A stretch of 63,646 bases of DNA, filler included, from Chiloscyllium plagiosum (lineage: Eukaryota), in assembly GCF_004010195.1 (NCBI RefSeq). It is 9 parts of 9 records of this genome, joined end to end, with 100 filler letters (N's around TTAATTAATTAA, not from the genome) between each part and the next. Parts side by side here need not be neighbours in the genome. Positions count along the whole stretch, not along the records: positions 5,026 to 17,598 come from NW_025207127.1; positions 17,699 to 23,516 come from NW_025208175.1; positions 23,617 to 36,139 come from NC_057718.1; 6 more parts are not named here. One strand, 5' to 3'. Numbering within the stretch: the first letter of the stretch is position 1; each line of letters starts with the position of its first letter. The notes under the pieces are model-generated. The model saw only the letters and a program-made list of their open reading frames with translations, was not told the DNA's origin and did no database searches. Shown here piece after piece: positions 12,125-25,240 of this stretch. The translations under genes and the position numbers were made by a program.

Positions 12125-12426
12125 CCAAGGCCAGCTCTCACTCTGCATACAGTAATAATCAGCGACATCCTCGTTCTGAACGTTGCTGATTGTCAGGGTG
12201 AAGTGTGTGCTGGACACTTCTCTCCCGGTGAATCTGCTGGAGACTCCTGTGTATCGTGTTGCTGCATCGTAGATCAGGAGAGAGGGTTTCTGACCTTCTC
12301 GCTGCTGGTACCATTCAACATCACCACTGGCACTCTGACTGGATTTACAGGTGATGGTTGCAGTCTGGCCCAGTCCCACTGACAGCACCGGGGGAGACTG
12401 CGTCATGATGATGTCCCCACTGATAC
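12125..12426 (-). CDS. Ig kappa (NS4-type) V exon, open
   Basis: [68 protein letters not shown]...[15 protein letters not shown]; cag| acceptor; followed by RSS12. Confidence 0.95.
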
Positions 12427-12602
12427 CTGAGGGGTCAGAGAGAAACACAGTGAAATCAGAACTGTCACAGAAAGAGCCTGTCAAATGAGAGATTGTTGGA
12501 GACACTGAGCATTCAGCATTTTCCCTTCAATCACAAGTCAGTGGAATTGGAGTGAAATGGAGAGCAGCTAAAGATTCAAGGTGGAAGGAGAGAGATTTGT
12601 AC

Positions 12603-12651
12603 CTGCGACACAGAATGCCAGGGGCCAGATCAGCTGGAGGTGTGAAATCAT
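12603..12651 (-). CDS. Kappa leader exon MISHLQLIWPLAFCVA(G)
   Basis: ATG at 12651; G|gtacaa donor; phase matches the V exon. Confidence 0.9.
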
Positions 12652-12710
12652 GGTGTGTGCTCCTGTCCCTGTGCCGGGTTCCTGATAAACTCTCCCTTCA
12701 CTGGGCTCTG

Positions 12711-12765
12711 CTTTATAAAGCTGCAGCCTGTGAGAGTCTGACTGGGTGTTCCTCAGTATGTAAAT
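12711..12765 (-). promoter_or_regulatory. Kappa V promoter: TATA-like element and variant octamer ATTTACAT
   Basis: ctttataaag at 12711-12720; ATTTACAT (-) at 12758-12765; both at the same position in the paralog (61331-61338, about 61375). Confidence 0.65.
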
Positions 12766-12809
12766 GGCATCAGGCAGAGAGAGCCACGTCAGCCCCTCAC
12801 ACTTCCTCT

Positions 12810-12841
<32 letters not shown>

Positions 12842-13503
12842 ACTATTTCTTCCTTCCCTCCTTCCTCCCTCCCTTTTCCCATTTTTCCCTTTCTCCGCTT
12901 TCACTTGAATATATTCCTGTCATTCATTGACTTACTCCCTCTTTTTATATTTCCATTTCTGACTGTCTTCTCACAATTATATAGCCACTTATATCCTTCG
13001 CTTTTTCCATGTATGTTTGATACTCTGTTTATCTCCCTTACCTTCTGTGTTGGTTGGTCTCTCTCCGTATGTCTCTCTCTTATCATCCATTCCTCTCTTT
13101 CACTTATCTTTCTACCTATTTCCTCACTCATTCTGTCTTCATCCCCTCAATCTCTCATTGCCCCCCTCTCTCTTTGTCTCTCTCTCTCTCTCCCTCCGGT
13201 CACTCTCTAACTGATCTCTATAGCAGGCGTTATTCCAGGACATTGCAACTCTGAGTCCTGGGGCAGCAGCTAAATGCCTCGCCCTCTCTCACTCAATCCC
13301 ACAATGTACACACTCTCTCTCTCTCTCTCTCCTGCTCTCTGTTTTCTGTCTCTATCTCTCAATCGGAAGCTCAATGCCATGAACAGCATTTAACAAGTCT
13401 GCACAGGTCATCAATGACCTAACAATACTAATCCCAGCTTGGCATTGAGGGAGAGGATCAGGCATGATCGTATTGAGTGACAGAGCAGACTCACAAGGCC
13501 AAT

Positions 13504-13568
13504 CCCTCACCCTAACCCCAAGCCTTACCCTGAACTTAACCCTAACCCTAACCCTAACCCTAACCCTA
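13504..13568. repeat. Short interstitial (CCCTAA)n telomere-like tract
   Basis: About 5 perfect units plus degenerate CCCTAA units. Confidence 0.8.
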
Positions 13569-14659
13569 CTCCTACTCCCTGTTTCTAGCGTTGTATGTCT
13601 GTGTTATCTTCAATATCTGCCCCTGGATATTGATTCCTCTACTTATGGAAAAATTGCCTTCCTGTCCACTCTATCTCTGCCCCTCATAATCTTATAGCCC
13701 TTTATCAGGTTCCCTCTCAACCTTCACTGCTCCAAGAGAAACAATCCCAGCCTTTCCAATCCTTCCTCATAGCTCAGACCCTCCAGGCCAGGCAGCATCC
13801 TGGGAAATCTCTGCACCCTCTCGAGTACAGTCATATCCTTCTCATAATGTGGTGACCAGAACCTGTCTGTCTGTCTGTCTTCTCTCTTTCACTAGATACC
13901 CTTTACTCCTGGCCTCACACCGACTCTGTATTTCTCTCTCTTTCCTCCCTCTCAGTCACACAGTCTCATAACCAACCTCACTCTCTCTATATATCTAGTC
14001 TTCAACTTCACCATCTCTACCTCCCTCTACCTCTCTCTCTATCTCCCCATTTACTCATCTTACACAGCTTCAGACTCTCTCTCTCGCTCTCTCTTACACA
14101 CACACACACGCACACACACTCACTGTCTCTCCCTCTCGCTCTCTTTCTCTCTCTCCCCCTCTCTCTCTTTCCCACAATGTCTCAGGTGGTAACAGTTAAA
14201 TACAGGGTAAATCTCCCTCTGCTCTGCCCCACTAATGGATGTTAACCCTTGACCCCAGGAACATGTCTACTCCTGGAATAAAGCCATATTTCCCACACTG
14301 ACAAGGATTTGGCCTCTCTCTCAGGAAGACGACCAGATTCTTGTTAAATGAAGGACAGTTCTGTGCTGTTGGCCTGTTCTCACTGGGGACTGGTTTGGGC
14401 AGAAACCTCATTCCATGAAGGCCCAGCAGAGAGAGGAGATCCTCAGGCCATCAGTGTGAGCTGGAGGGATAGGACAGGCTCTGACCCACTGACCCATCCT
14501 GTCCATTCACAACATGTTCCAATCCTTTCCCCTCTCCTTCCCTTTCCAGGGTCAGGCTCCAGTTTTACTGGGATGAGGATTGGACTATCACACAGTTACA
14601 ACAGAAAGGAAAGGAGCTGCACACTCATGCTGTTGTCCATGTCCCATTGGACAGTCAAA

Positions 14660-16078
14660 TGGAGACCAGTAAGCATGGAATTCATTCCCACTCTCCAGTA
14701 AAGACCGTTAAACTTGGGCCTCTTTGCCACTGAAACGTCGAATCCAGACCAGTAAATATGGGTCTTCTTCCCACTGAATACTCCAGCAGAGACTAGAAAA
14801 CATGGATCTTATTCCTGTTGGGCCCTCCAGTAGAATCCAGGTAAGAAAGGCCTCCATTTCCTTAAACTCTCCAGTACAGACTAGTAAATATGGACCAGCT
14901 TCAAACTGGAACCTCCCATACAGACCAGTAAACAAGTGACTTCTTGCAACTGGATCCTCCAATAGAAAGCAGTAAACAAGGATCTCATTGCCGGAATGAG
15001 GAGCAGGAATAGGTAATTCAACCCTTTAAGCCCATTTGCTATTTAACATGATCATGGCTGATCGTATCCTCATCTCCACTTTCCAGACTGCTCCCAATTG
15101 CCCTCTATCCTGCTTTTCATCAGAAAGATATCTGTTTCTTTCTAGAATCTGTTAATTGATTCTGTCTCTACTGCGCTCTGGGGGCAGTGATTTCCACGGA
15201 TTCTCTACCCTCTGAGAGAAGTAGTTAGAATAGAACCGAATCCCTAAGTATGGAAACAGGCTATTTGGCCCAACAAGTCCACACCGGCCCTTGATAGAGC
15301 ATTCCACCCAGACACAGTAACCCTACACATCCTTGGACACTACGGATATTTTAGCACAGCTAATCCCCTTAATATGTACATCTTAGACTGTGAAAGAACA
15401 CCCAGATGAAGCCCATGCGGACAGGGGGACAATGGGTCAACTCCACACAGTTGCCAGTGGCTTGGATCGAACCGGGTGCCTGGACTGTGAGGCAGCAGTG
15501 CTAACCACTGCGCCACCAGGCCACCTACAATTTCTCCTCATCTCAGTTTTGATGCTACCTCTCTCAGTCTATATCTATGACCTATTGTTTGAGACTGGCC
15601 CACAAGAGTGAACATCTGTTTCATGTCTGCCTTATCAATCCCCTTAAGTATTTTATATACCTCACTCAGATCTCCCCTCGTGCGACTGAATTCTAGTGAG
15701 TATAAGCCCAAGCTATTCAACCATTCCTCATATCACAGCCCTTTCATCCCGGGAATCAGTCTGGTGAACATCCTCTGAACTGCATCCTGTACCACCATAT
15801 CCTTCACCAAGTAAGGAGACCAAAACTAGTCACAATACTTCAGTTGTGGTCTCACCAATGCCTCGCAGAATTGTAACAATATTTCTTTATTTCTGTAATC
15901 CAGTCCTTTTATAATAAATACCAAGATTCCCATTGCTGCAAGAAATGCCAACATTCCAATTTCATTGAAATCAATTGGAACCTCCAACAGAGATCAGTAA
16001 ACATGGGCCTCCATCCCACTGGAATGTCCAATGGACAGCAATAAGCCTGGGCCTCTTTCCCACTGGACCCTCCAGGAT
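14660..16078. repeat. Diverged ~43-bp minisatellite interrupted by a CR1 fragment with a nested SINE (about 14995-15935)
   Basis: Recurring agaccagtaaacatgg...cccactgga units at 14660-14990 that resume at 15975-16078. Confidence 0.65.
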
Positions 16079-17379
16079 TGGAGCTTCAAATCCCACATCC
16101 TCTCCATCACATTGGTCTCTTATTTCAATCTCCACAACATTGTTTGTGTCTGCACTACATCAGCCCGCTGACCATAGAAACCCTTATTCCTGTTCATCCC
16201 ATCTCCAAACTCCATGATTCTGATGACCTCCCCCAGCTTCTTCCATCAATGTTCCATAAATTCCAAATTGTCTGAAATGGAGTGGCCCATTCCCTATCTC
16301 ACACCAAGGAGGAGATGGCCAGATTTGATATTAGTAATGAGTTGGAATGTTACGGAGAATTGGGGTGGTCAGAATTAGTCAAATTGATGATGGCTCCTGC
16401 AGTTGAATATCCTGCTGGCAGGCTCCAGCGTTTTACACACAGAATGGGAAGTGTGCATGGTAGGGATATATTGTAGGGCTCCATTTAACTAACCCCTCAG
16501 CATCAAGTGTCCCTCAGGAGGGGAGAGAGAATATTCAGGTTCCTGAGCTCCATTTCCCAGCCCAGGCAGTTTGTCTCCCAATGAATGAATGAGATACCAA
16601 TTTGGAGCCCAGGTTAGGGGCAGTCTCTGCTGTAGACCAGGTCGACAAAAGGCAACAAGAGATTGAGCTGAAAAGGGAAATTTTGCTGCAATATGATGAG
16701 AGAGAGAGGGGCAGTGGGACTAATTGGATCACTCACAGACACGATGGGCTGAATGGCCTCCCGCTGTGCGGGGGGAGCAGATTTAGGACTGAATTGAGAA
16801 GGAACTTCTTCACCCAGAGGGTGGTGAATCTATGGAATTGCCTGCCCAGCAAAGTGGTTCCTCAGTAAATGTTTTCAAAGCTAAGACAGGTAATTTTATA
16901 AACAGTAAAGGAATTAAGGGTTATGGTGAGGGGGTGGGTAGGGGGAGCTGAGGTCAGGAAAAGATCAGCCATGATCTTACTGAATGTTGGAGCAGGCCTA
17001 CTCCTGCTCCTAGTCCTTATGTTCTTATGTGCTGTCAGATTCCAGGGAGTGCAGACCGTTCACAGTTTTTTCCCGTCTCAGTAATAAACGTCCAGCTGCT
17101 CCGAGCTCCTTCTTTCACTTCCTCTCTTGGTGAAGTTTCAACTTTGCGATCTGACAGTCTTTGCAGTTATTTTTTACACTGGGGCTTTCTGCTGTGGTCA
17201 GAATCTCTAATAATAAGTGTCCAATCAGTGACAATCACAGCAGCTAAGAGCAGTCAGGACTGAGGAGCCAGGCTCACTGTGAAACACATTGGGAAGATCA
17301 AAGCCATCCTCTTCAGCTCCCAGTACAAACTCCATCCCTCTCCCTGAGCACTGTCTGCTGCTCAACCAGACTCTTTACA

Positions 17380-17560
17380 AAAACAGAATACCTCAGCACG
17401 TCTGGCTGCATCTGGGGAAAAGGTCAGAGTTAACTTTTCAGGTCAAGTGACCCTTCCTCAGAACAGTTCTGAAGAAGGTTCACTTGACCCAAAATGTTAA
17501 CTCTGCTTTCTGTCATGATGCCACACCTGCTGAGCTTTTCCAGCAATTTCTGTTTTTGTT
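17380..17560. mobile_element. Penelope-derived palindromic element
   Basis: cagagttaac...ggtcaagtga / tcacttgacc...gttaactctg inverted arms. Confidence 0.55.
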
Positions 17561-18187
17561 CCTCATTTACAACAACCACGGGTTTTTTTAGCTTTTATNN
17601 NNNNNNNNNNNNNNNNNNNNNNNNNNNNNNNNNNNNNNNNNNTTAATTAATTAANNNNNNNNNNNNNNNNNNNNNNNNNNNNNNNNNNNNNNNNNNNNCA
17701 GAAACAAAGGTTACATTCAAACTGTTCTGCATTCTTTACGATTGGTATGTTCCAATCAAATTTAATTTTAAAGTGTCGTAACTTTACATTTCCAATTGGT
17801 GCAATTTGGCAGTTTAAAACTGACATGAATTTTGTAAGAATGTCAAATGGGGGGAATCAAAAACACAAAGTTCAAAACTCGTGCCCTACCCTTGACATAA
17901 AATGGACATTGTCAGATTTTGTCACAGAGGGATTTAGGATGAATAAGGTACTTGGTGGAATCCTGCAATGAGTGAGATTTACTCTGTCTCTGACCCAGGG
18001 TGTATCTGAGCAGAGAACATTAACTACACAAGACACTCGTCCTAGACCTGTTAATAATCCACTTTAACTACACAGATGCAATGTAAGTCAGAGTGAGAAA
18101 CAACTAATTCAGTATTTAACTCACAACTGGAGGAAAAAAAACACTTCATTACTTCTGTTGAATTATTAAATGCAACTTTGAGATTTT

Positions 18188-18579
18188 TTATTGACATGAA
18201 TTAACTGTGTCCATCAGTGCAAGTGAAATGTTTACAAAACTCGGTTTACCGCTGGATTTATCGACTGTTCCGTTGATGATCTTCAATGGAATCGCTTCAT
18301 GTCCCACCACACAGGAGTAAGAAGCACCGCTGGCCCACTCCTCCGCTGTAATGGATAACAGGCTGTAGATGAAGAAGGAGGTGTTGTCACTCTCCGCCAT
18401 CACCTCGGTGTTCTTGTAGTTACTGGGATTCACCGGCTTGTCATTGTTTGTCCACTTGACGAAGATCTCTCGGGGGGAGAAACCTCTCACTAAACAGATG
18501 AGGGAGAGAAACCTCTGAGCGGAGATTTCTTCTGTTGGTGGCAGGAGGACCGACACTGATTGCTCCAGCGGATTAATCA
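18188..18579 (-). CDS. IGHM: IgM heavy chain Cmu4 exon with secretory tailpiece
   Basis: [43 protein letters not shown]...[13 protein letters not shown]...[22 protein letters not shown]. Tail has an N-glycan sequon and penultimate Cys; internal G|gtaaac donor at 18250 for membrane-form splicing. Confidence 0.95.
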
Positions 18580-19033
18580 CTGCAGAGTATTTGGACAAAT
18601 ATGAATCAATCAAAAAAATCCTGAACCAATATCACAATTTTACAAAATATTAAAATACGCCATGTTTAATTTGGGATTTATTCACTTTCGTTTTTTAAAG
18701 GATCAGTATGGTACACATACTGTTCAGTAAAAAAAGGAAAGTTTAATGTGAAAGTTGCCTCCATGTTTCCAGCCCACAACGAGGACATTCTGGCAATTTG
18801 TCATTGCTGATGGCGACATCACAACCCAGACTTCTTCCCACCTTATCTGACTTAATCAGAATACAATATCCTTTGGTCCATCTTTTTCTGAATCAGCTAC
18901 TTAGCTATCCTGCCTTCAGATGCATCGTCAATGCTCCCAACGGTGTTGGTTCATTTCCAATCAAAGCCTGTCATTGATGTAACTGAATCTGGATTACACA
19001 TGGGATCTTGTGTGCTTTAATCTCACTGCTCAC

Positions 19034-19342
19034 CTTTCTCCTTGTGGATGGAGTCTCTCAGCGGAGTCGGTAGATTCTGATGGTACACCACACATTCAAA
19101 AGTAACGCCACTCAGCCAGGCTTCAGTAGAAATGTCTAATTTGCTGATCACGCTGTCGGGATTCTGTCCAGGCTGCTCAGCAATCTCCGATTTCAGAGGC
19201 TTCTTTTCTTGTCTCCAGGTGACATTGACTCCAGAAGGAAGATTGGACACAACGCAGGTTAATGTCACCGTCGCCTCCAGTAAGACCTGTTCTACTGGCG
19301 GTGGGAGGATTTTAACGGTGTTAGGGTGGCATTCGGTATCTT
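19034..19342 (-). CDS. IGHM: IgM heavy chain Cmu3 exon
   Basis: tttcatag| ... G|gtgag; [31 protein letters not shown]...[22 protein letters not shown]. Confidence 0.93.
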
Positions 19343-21281
19343 CTATGAAACAAAAATCAAAGTCAATGAAAAATGCCCCTTTCTGATACAAACAGCCAAT
19401 CTTCAGATTACTCCTTCACAGGGTGAAGACACCACCTTCAAAATGGCAACTCCAACTATTGCTGAAACGATGCTTACTATTGTTGATGTATTTTGATCTG
19501 TGAAACATTTGTGATTACCTATAACATACCCTGTGTAATTATTCCTAAAGAACACTGGTTTTGTAACAAGTGAAACCTTTGAAAAAAGTAAAATAATCGA
19601 AGATACCATCATGTAGCCCATGGAATTATCTTTCTTTCGGAGTTTGTCTCTCACTTAAGACCATCTATTGATACTTGTGACAAGAGTAATCTGAATATAA
19701 AGAGTTCATTTCCATGTTCATAACCTTTAGGTGCAAGTGCTGCTGGTCACACTGACTGCCAAATCACATCCCAAATTTTGGACAGATTATAATAAATAAT
19801 TATTATTCTCTTTGCAGAGTTCTAAAGTGTTACAGGAGCAGTGAACAGCCATGGAAATTCTGTTCATCATATTTAACATGATTAAAAATACTTTGCATTA
19901 TTGGTGTGATGTCATTCTCTAATTTATGTCATTGTTCCTCGTGGGCTGTGTTTGGAATAGATCTGAAAACAAGACATTGAGTGCAGCATTCGATATCGAG
20001 ATGGACACCCATCTCATTAAGTCTTTCCCTACATTCAGTTAGTTCATAACTGGTCTGTACTTTCACTTTATTTACCAAGCTGCATTTTTTAATTTCTTCA
20101 TAGAGCAGGAGAGAAAAAAAAAACAAACAAAAGCGTCTTAAATTAATCTACAAACGCGATGGAAATGTCACTAATTTTATAGACATCCACTACTCACTGT
20201 GTAAACATCGCCACCCCAAACAGGCTAAATCAGCCTGTCTCAAGTTCCCAGTTCATTCATCCCTATTGTAGCATTCCCACCAGAATTTATTCTCCTGCCT
20301 CATCCACTAATTACAGAGAGCATCTTAAAGAAGCTCAGTGAGATCACATTTATCCCAGTTCATCAAATGTGATAGCCACTTGGTCTGTGGTTTGATCCCA
20401 TAAATGAAGTTAAAGAGCTCAGTACCAGATAAAAATCGATGTCGTACAATGTCCAATAAACAGGTCATTCCTGAGCAGGGAATGAAGCATTGAATGCATT
20501 TTGATTTATTTTCAAGTAAGGGTCACTGCATATTTTAACCACGTCAATTTGATAGAGGATCAGAATAAGGCTGTTCGGCCAATCTAGAGTTTCGATCAGA
20601 ATGATGCTGGAAAAGCACAGCAGGTCAGGCAGCATCCGACGAGCAGGAAAATCGACATTTCGGGCTAAAGCCATTCTCCTGCCTTCTCCCCGTACTAAAC
20701 AAGAGCCGATCTATCTCTGGCTTGAATACACACAATGGCCTGGCCCCCACAGCCCTCTGCAGCAACATGTTCCACAGACTCATCACCCTCTGGCTGAAGA
20801 AACCCTCCCCATCTCAGTTCTAAACGGTGCCCCTTTGACCCTGAGACTGTGCCCTTGGGTCCTAGTCTCGCCTACCAGTCAAAGCATCTATTCCACATTC
20901 ACTCGACCTCAGTCTCTCAGTATTTTCTATGTTTCAATCAGATATCTCTCCAATATCCCCCTCCACCCCAAACTTATNNNNNNNNNNNNNNNNNNNNNNN
21001 NNNNNNNNNNNNNNNNNNNNNNNNNNNNNNNNNNNNNNNNNNNNNNNNNNNNNNNNNNNNNNNNNNNNNNNNNNNNNNNNNNNNNNNNNNNNNNNNNNNN
21101 NNNNNNNNNNNNNNNNNNNNNNNNNNNNNNNNNNNNNNNNNNNNNNNNNNNNNNNNNNNNNNNNNNNNNNNNNNNNNNNNNNNNNNNNNNNNNNNNNNNN
21201 NNNNNNNNNNNNNNNNNNNNNNNNNNNNNNNNNNNNNNNNNNNNNNNNNNNNNNNNNNNNNNNNNNNNNNNNNNNNNNNNN

Positions 21282-21518
21282 ACCATTCACCATAAGGGAC
21301 CATCAGCCGACTCGTCACCGAGAAGTTCCCGTCCGCCTCACACACGGGAGACGTGAAGAAGCCAGAATCCAAGGGTCGGCCATTTTTCAACCAACTCACG
21401 GAGATGGACTTCGGATGGAACTCGATGATTGAACAGACGACTTTTGCAAACTTGCTGCTTGCGATTTCTTCACTGGAGCTCACAGTTAGGAGAAGGGTTG
21501 GTCGGAGAGGACCTGTAC
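21282..21518 (-). CDS. IGHM: IgM heavy chain Cmu2 exon (3' part lost in gap 20978-21281)
   Basis: [66 protein letters not shown]; two in-frame acceptors give starts at 21518 or 21512. Confidence 0.9.
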
Positions 21519-21649
21519 CTTTAGGAAACACATCGCATACATTATCCGACGAATTTCATAACAAATACAATAAGTTCTCATATATCAAGTATTCTTATGG
21601 TTAATGGATACAGAAATCATAATTGTGCAGAGTGCTGGAGAAGCTGGGA

Positions 21650-23910
21650 TCCACACAGAAAGATCAGCAGGACAATGTGAAAGGTTACAATTATAGGACA
21701 CTGCAAGTGAGTCAAAGAGGCACAGAAACTATAGGCCGGTTAAATCATAAGGGCGATAGCAACGTTGGATGGTATTCGTTTTAATGACAGAGTCTGATGA
21801 ACAAGGCAGATTAATTACCGGCATAAATGAGGAAATGACGCAGTTGTTATCACGGAGTCATATTGAGAGCCGGGCAGGAGTGGCTATTCAATATTCCAGG
21901 ATTTGGTGCCTTCAGGCGAGACAGGGAAAGATGGAAAATGATGGGGGCGGGGGTGTGCGGTACAGAATGGTGCTTCTGTCGCAATTCTGACAAGGGTATT
22001 TTAGGCTGTAAAGAGAAATGAAATCATGGATACCTCCTTGAACAAAGGCAAATGGACAGTACTTCAAAACCAAAATACAACAAACATAACTACTGGGAGA
22101 GCACGATAGACCTTACTATAGGTCCAAAAGACCAAGTGCAAATACATGGGCAAATTTCAGAAACATGTAAATTAAATAGGGGAATGAAAAGAGGTTTTTA
22201 ACTTCCTCAGCATAGGCTTGGATATTCATTTTGTCAAAAGTTTAGAGGGAGCACAATTCTGAAAATGCTCCCTGGAGAATATTTGAACAAAGTATGTCTT
22301 TAATACAGAGAATTTTAATCCAGACCTTGCAAGAGAGGGGTGAACCTGAACTTAACGTTAGGGAATGAAGTCGACCCAGTGGTTAAAACACCAATGATGG
22401 AGCACTTTGCAGACAGTGACCGTAAATCAGTTGGATTTCAGATTGTACTGCAAAGGAATAGAAATTGGCCCAAAGTTCTGAAAAGGGGAAGGACAGTTTT
22501 AGTAAGATCAGGTAATGACTTGACCAGAGTGGACTGGAAGCTGACACTTATTGGTAAATCTGAGTCAGAGCAGTGTGACACATTTAAGAAAGAGATAGGA
22601 AAATCACAGGGAGGACATTTCCCAGGAAGCCACTGCGTGGGACCAAGAATGCAGCGGGCTCTGGACACCAAAGGGCATGGAGGGGGAGATAAAGAGAAAC
22701 AAGGGAGGCTTCCGGTCTATACTGAAATCTCAAAACAATAGAAACTAATATGGAGTACAGAACGTGCAAGGGGGAGTTTGAAAGACAAAGGAATTAGAAG
22801 AGCAAAAGGGACCATGAGAAAATAATAGCAGTCAAAATAAAGGAAAATATTTTTAAAAGTTACAGACTCATTCATAATAAAAGAATTATTCGGGAAACAA
22901 TAATGCCCATTAAGTGTTATTATTGGAGTGGAGCTGGAGGATTTGGTTGTGGTCAAAACGAATGTGTTGTGTCAGTGTTCACTAGTAAGAGGGACAGTGT
23001 GGGGACAGAAATCATGGAGGGGTGTTGTGATGTACTTTCAGAAATTAGGACACATGACGTGATGTTCTGTGTTGTCTTGCTGAATGAAAAGTGGTTATAT
23101 TTCCAGGGCAGATGAAAAGTATACCAAGCGGTTGAGCGATGCAAAGGATGAAATAGTTGGGTCGCTGACAATAATTTAGAATTCCTGTCTGGCCACAGCA
23201 GTTGTGCCAAGTGAGTGTAGATCAGCCAACGTTGCACTGTTATGCAGGACGAAGGAAGGGATAAATAATGAAAACACAGATCTGTCAAGCTAGTCTCAGT
23301 GGTAAGGAAACTATTGAGAAGTGAAATTAGTTTTCATTTGGAAGATAAATCAACAATTTTCAGCACGGTTTTATTGAGAGGAAGTCACGTGTAACAATTT
23401 GATAGTAGTTTTCAGAGATAACTCGATGTCCAGATGATAGCAATAATCAGAGCCAAGGGGATCCGAGTTAATTTGACAGATTGGATCTAGAACTGGCTGA
23501 GTGGTGGGAGCAGGGGNNNNNNNNNNNNNNNNNNNNNNNNNNNNNNNNNNNNNNNNNNNNTTAATTAATTAANNNNNNNNNNNNNNNNNNNNNNNNNNNN
23601 NNNNNNNNNNNNNNNNTGGACACAGCCTTAGAATTGGAGGGGGTAAATTCAGAACAGAAATGCGGAGATATTTCTTCAGCCAGAGAATGGTGGGCCTGTG
23701 GAATTCATTGCCACAGAGTGCAGTGGAGGCTGGGACGCTAAATGTCTTCAAGGCAGAAATTGATAAATTCTTGATGTCACAAGGAATTAAGGGCTACGGG
23801 GAGAATGCGGGTAAGTGGAGTTGAAATGCCCATCAGCCATGATTGAATGGCGGAGTGGACTCGATAGGCCGAATGGCCTTACTTCCGCTCCTATGTCTTA
23901 TGGTCTTATG
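21650..23910 (+). mobile_element. Degenerate CR1 remnants (both sides of the spacer)
   Basis: EN/RT-like peptide fragments and a CR1 3'UTR ending in a cttatggtcttatg tail near 23900. Confidence 0.6.
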
Positions 23911-24347
23911 TTAAATTTTAACCAGACAGGATGGTCCACGTCATGACTTGGGGAATCCCCAACCCTCAATTAAAGCTTCACCTTTAATTCCAATCACAGT
24001 TTTTGAAGAACCATTTAGCAGAGTCTTGATAGATTGTGTAGATGCCTGACCTATATCCAGGAATGACAACCAATGGGTCACTGCAGTGCTTCAAGAAGGC
24101 AGCTCAGCAACACCTTCTCAAGGGCAATTAAGGAGAGGCAATAAATGCTGGCCCAGCCAGTGACACCCACATTTCACAAAACAATTAAATAAATTTCTGC
24201 ACCTGAGCTCAGCTTCCTCCCCATAGAGAATCCATCCCCGAGATCACTCTCCATCACCTCCCCAATCTACTTGATAACAAACTGATCTCTAATTCATTCA
24301 CACGTGAGAGGTCATTGCTGGAGCAGTGTCATGGAAACTCTACTTCC

Positions 24348-24654
24348 TGTTTACAATGATAACGCTTCCTCTCCCGTAGACTCTGCAGTAATAGACGCCA
24401 GTGTCATTGGGCTGCATGTTTGTGATGGTCAGAATGAATCTGTTACAGGAGCTGTCTCTAGAAAGCTGGAATCGCCCAGTAAATCCTGAGCTCCATTGTG
24501 TAATGTTCCTCCCGTTATACATTAAAATCCACTCTGTGTTATTCTCTTGTCTGCCCCGGTGCGGTGTTCCTCATGGTGCACTATAACTGGGCAGTGTGAC
24601 CCTCAGTGACATGTTCCAGGATCGGACACGGAAGAAGGATTGGACTGGTGATAT
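24348..24654 (-). pseudogene. Single-exon VJ-type V-domain pseudo-exon, no RSS (copy 1)
   Basis: aaag| acceptor; ...LEHVTEGHTAQL*CTMRN, then a frameshifting deletion, then EWILMYNGRNITQWSSGFTGRFQLSRDSSCNRFILTITNMQPNDTGVYYCRVYGRGSVIIVN. The donor is mutated to ggaagt. Confidence 0.8.
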
Positions 24655-25159
24655 CTTTAAAGAAAAAAGATAACAATAAGTTTATTTACACAAGACTAGA
24701 ATGTCAACGCTGCTGAATTGAAAGGATCTGATGGGGTGGTAGGAGTTTTGAACTGAACAGAAAGAACAGGTTGTTACACTAAACCATTAAGCTGCATCTG
24801 TGACTGATTCAGATCAAAGAAAGTGCATCGACAGAAATAGAAGTAATTAAATAAACAGTGCACAAAACAGTACTTCTTTACTCTCGTCAGAATCTCATCA
24901 ATATTTTGGACACATGAATTTCTTCTGCAGCACGATCAAAACCCACATTCACTTCCATCTAGAGGGGCAAGGGCAACAGATACATGGGAACACCATCCCC
25001 TCCAAGCACTCCTCATTCTGACTTGGAAATATGTTGCTCTTCCTTCAGTGTCACTGAGTCAAAACCTGGAATTCACTCCCTGAAGGCATTATGGATCTAC
25101 CTACAGCACATGGACTGCAGTGACTCAAGAAGGCAGCGATTCTCCAGCAACATCAACAG

Positions 25160-25240
25160 TAATAATGCTAATAATCATAATAATAATAATAATAATAATA
25201 ATGGTGATGGTGATAGTGGTGAAAGTGATGGTGATGATGG
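25160..25240. repeat. (AAT)n/(GAT,GGT)n microsatellite
   Basis: Direct reading. Confidence 0.85.

Noticed and set aside
13504-13568. True telomere or chromosome fusion site
   Set aside because: Very short, single orientation, next to a retroelement tail.
14660-14990. CRISPR-like repeat array
   Set aside because: Vertebrate DNA; degenerate tandem units without unique spacers or cas genes.
21519-23516. IgM lacking CH1 (heavy-chain-only antibody)
   Set aside because: The scaffold ends 2 kb upstream of Cmu2, so absence cannot be inferred; a Cmu1 exon exists on another scaffold.
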